Shown here one piece after another: positions 63,357 to 64,000 of a DNA stretch of 64,000 nucleotides. The stretch spans positions 224,001-288,000 of the forward strand of contig CAVSLC010000010.1 in NCBI GenBank assembly GCA_963728565.1, given 5' to 3'. The DNA comes from an uncultured delta proteobacterium (GTDB lineage: Bacteria; Desulfobacterota; Binatia; UBA9968). Position numbers and translations under genes: made by a program. The notes beneath the pieces were generated by a model. The model was not told the DNA's origin and made no database searches. It saw only the letters and a list, made by a program, of their open reading frames with translations. Positions within the stretch are counted from its first letter, which is position 1, and every line of letters begins with the position of its first letter.

Positions 63357-64000
63357 ATGAGAAGCATTGGCATTCAGCGCGTTTGGCAACGAAGAGGAGC
63401 ATCGGGCAAACTTCTGTGGCTCTTGCTTTGGCCCTCCTCGTGGGCTTACCGGTTCGCCGTAGCATTCCGCAATTTTTTATATCGATGCAAGTGCGCTCGA
63501 GTTCACGCACTGGACTGTCCAATCATCAGTATCGGCAACCTATCGGTGGGCGGGACCGGAAAAACTCCGGCGACCTTGTGGTTGGCGCGACGCTTGATGG
63601 AACGCGGCTATAAAGTGGGTATTCTCAGCCGCGGCTATAAGCGGAAAGGGACGGGGTCGGTCATTTTATCCGGAGATGACAGCATTTCGTCGACAACCAT
63701 CGATGGCTCTGAAGCGCTCGCGGCCGGCGATGAGCCGGTCATGATGGCGCGCATTTATGGGTTATCTGTGAGCGTGGCCAAAAATCGATATCAGGCCGGC
63801 CTCGAGCTATTGGCGAAAAAAAACATGGACGTGCTTATACTGGATGACGGGTTTCAGCACCGGAAATTAAAGCGCGATTTCGATCTGGTGCTGCTAGGGG
63901 AGGATGTCCCGGGATGGCTGTTGCCTTGCGGTCCATTCCGTGAACCGACCCGCTCTCTGAGGCGGGCCGACTGTTTTCTGGTCACCGGGGCTGCCGAACG
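63357..64000 (+). CDS. lpxK: Tetraacyldisaccharide 4'-kinase (truncated by window end)
   Basis: Manual translation: PIISIGNLSVGGTGKTP, ILSRGYKR, GDEP, LDDGFQH, LLPCGPFREP. Confidence 0.94.
   Translation, partial: MRSIGIQRVWQRRGASGKLLWLLLWPSSWAYRFAVAFRNFLYRCKCARVHALDCPIISIGNLSVGGTGKTPATLWLARRLMERGYKVGILSRGYKRKGTGSVILSGDDSISSTTIDGSEALAAGDEPVMMARIYGLSVSVAKNRYQAGLELLAKKNMDVLILDDGFQHRKLKRDFDLVLLGEDVPGWLLPCGPFREPTRSLRRADCFLVTGAAE

Noticed and set aside
63284-63613. Track ORF of 109 aa after waaA
   Set aside because: Wrong frame; the real gene is lpxK from ATG 63357 running off the window

Overview
Bacterial genomic window from a diderm, LPS-making organism. Gene content and repeat style suggest a Candidatus Binatia/deltaproteobacterium-like lineage (inference). 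Positions 1-9.2 kb hold a same-strand tandem array of orphan PF04392-type ABC substrate-binding protein (SBP) paralogues: six intact, one frameshifted, one 3' relic, and one whose N-terminal half is fused in frame to the tail of a GAF-histidine kinase. Nearly every paralogue has a 5' leader/signal peptide built from 7-nt degenerate repeats, often as inverted arms enclosing the start codon. Positions 9.9-31.4 kb are accessory metabolism: aquaporin Z, an ECF sigma/anti-sigma/DUF4139 unit with two matching ECF promoters, an F420-type PPOX enzyme, VOC proteins, a stand-alone carboxyltransferase, rlmD, an MFS transporter, TctC and an amidohydrolase, with several palindromic MITE/REP-like repeats between genes. 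A DnaA-box plus IHF-site cluster at 31.65-31.9 kb coincides with a switch in gene orientation (candidate oriC; no dnaA in the window). Positions 34-64 kb are housekeeping: hisS-aspS, cofH, def, an Rrf2-led suf operon lacking sufB and followed by a truncated haemoglobin, metF, lysS, and lolE-lolD-bamA-skp-lpxD-fabZ-lpxA-lpxI-(GnnA-like)-lpxB-msbA-waaA-lpxK. Single-base frameshifts in essential genes (hisS, bamA, lpxD, lpxB) indicate sequencing indels, so pseudogene and chimera calls need read-level checks. No rRNA, tRNA, CRISPR array or transposase was recognised.
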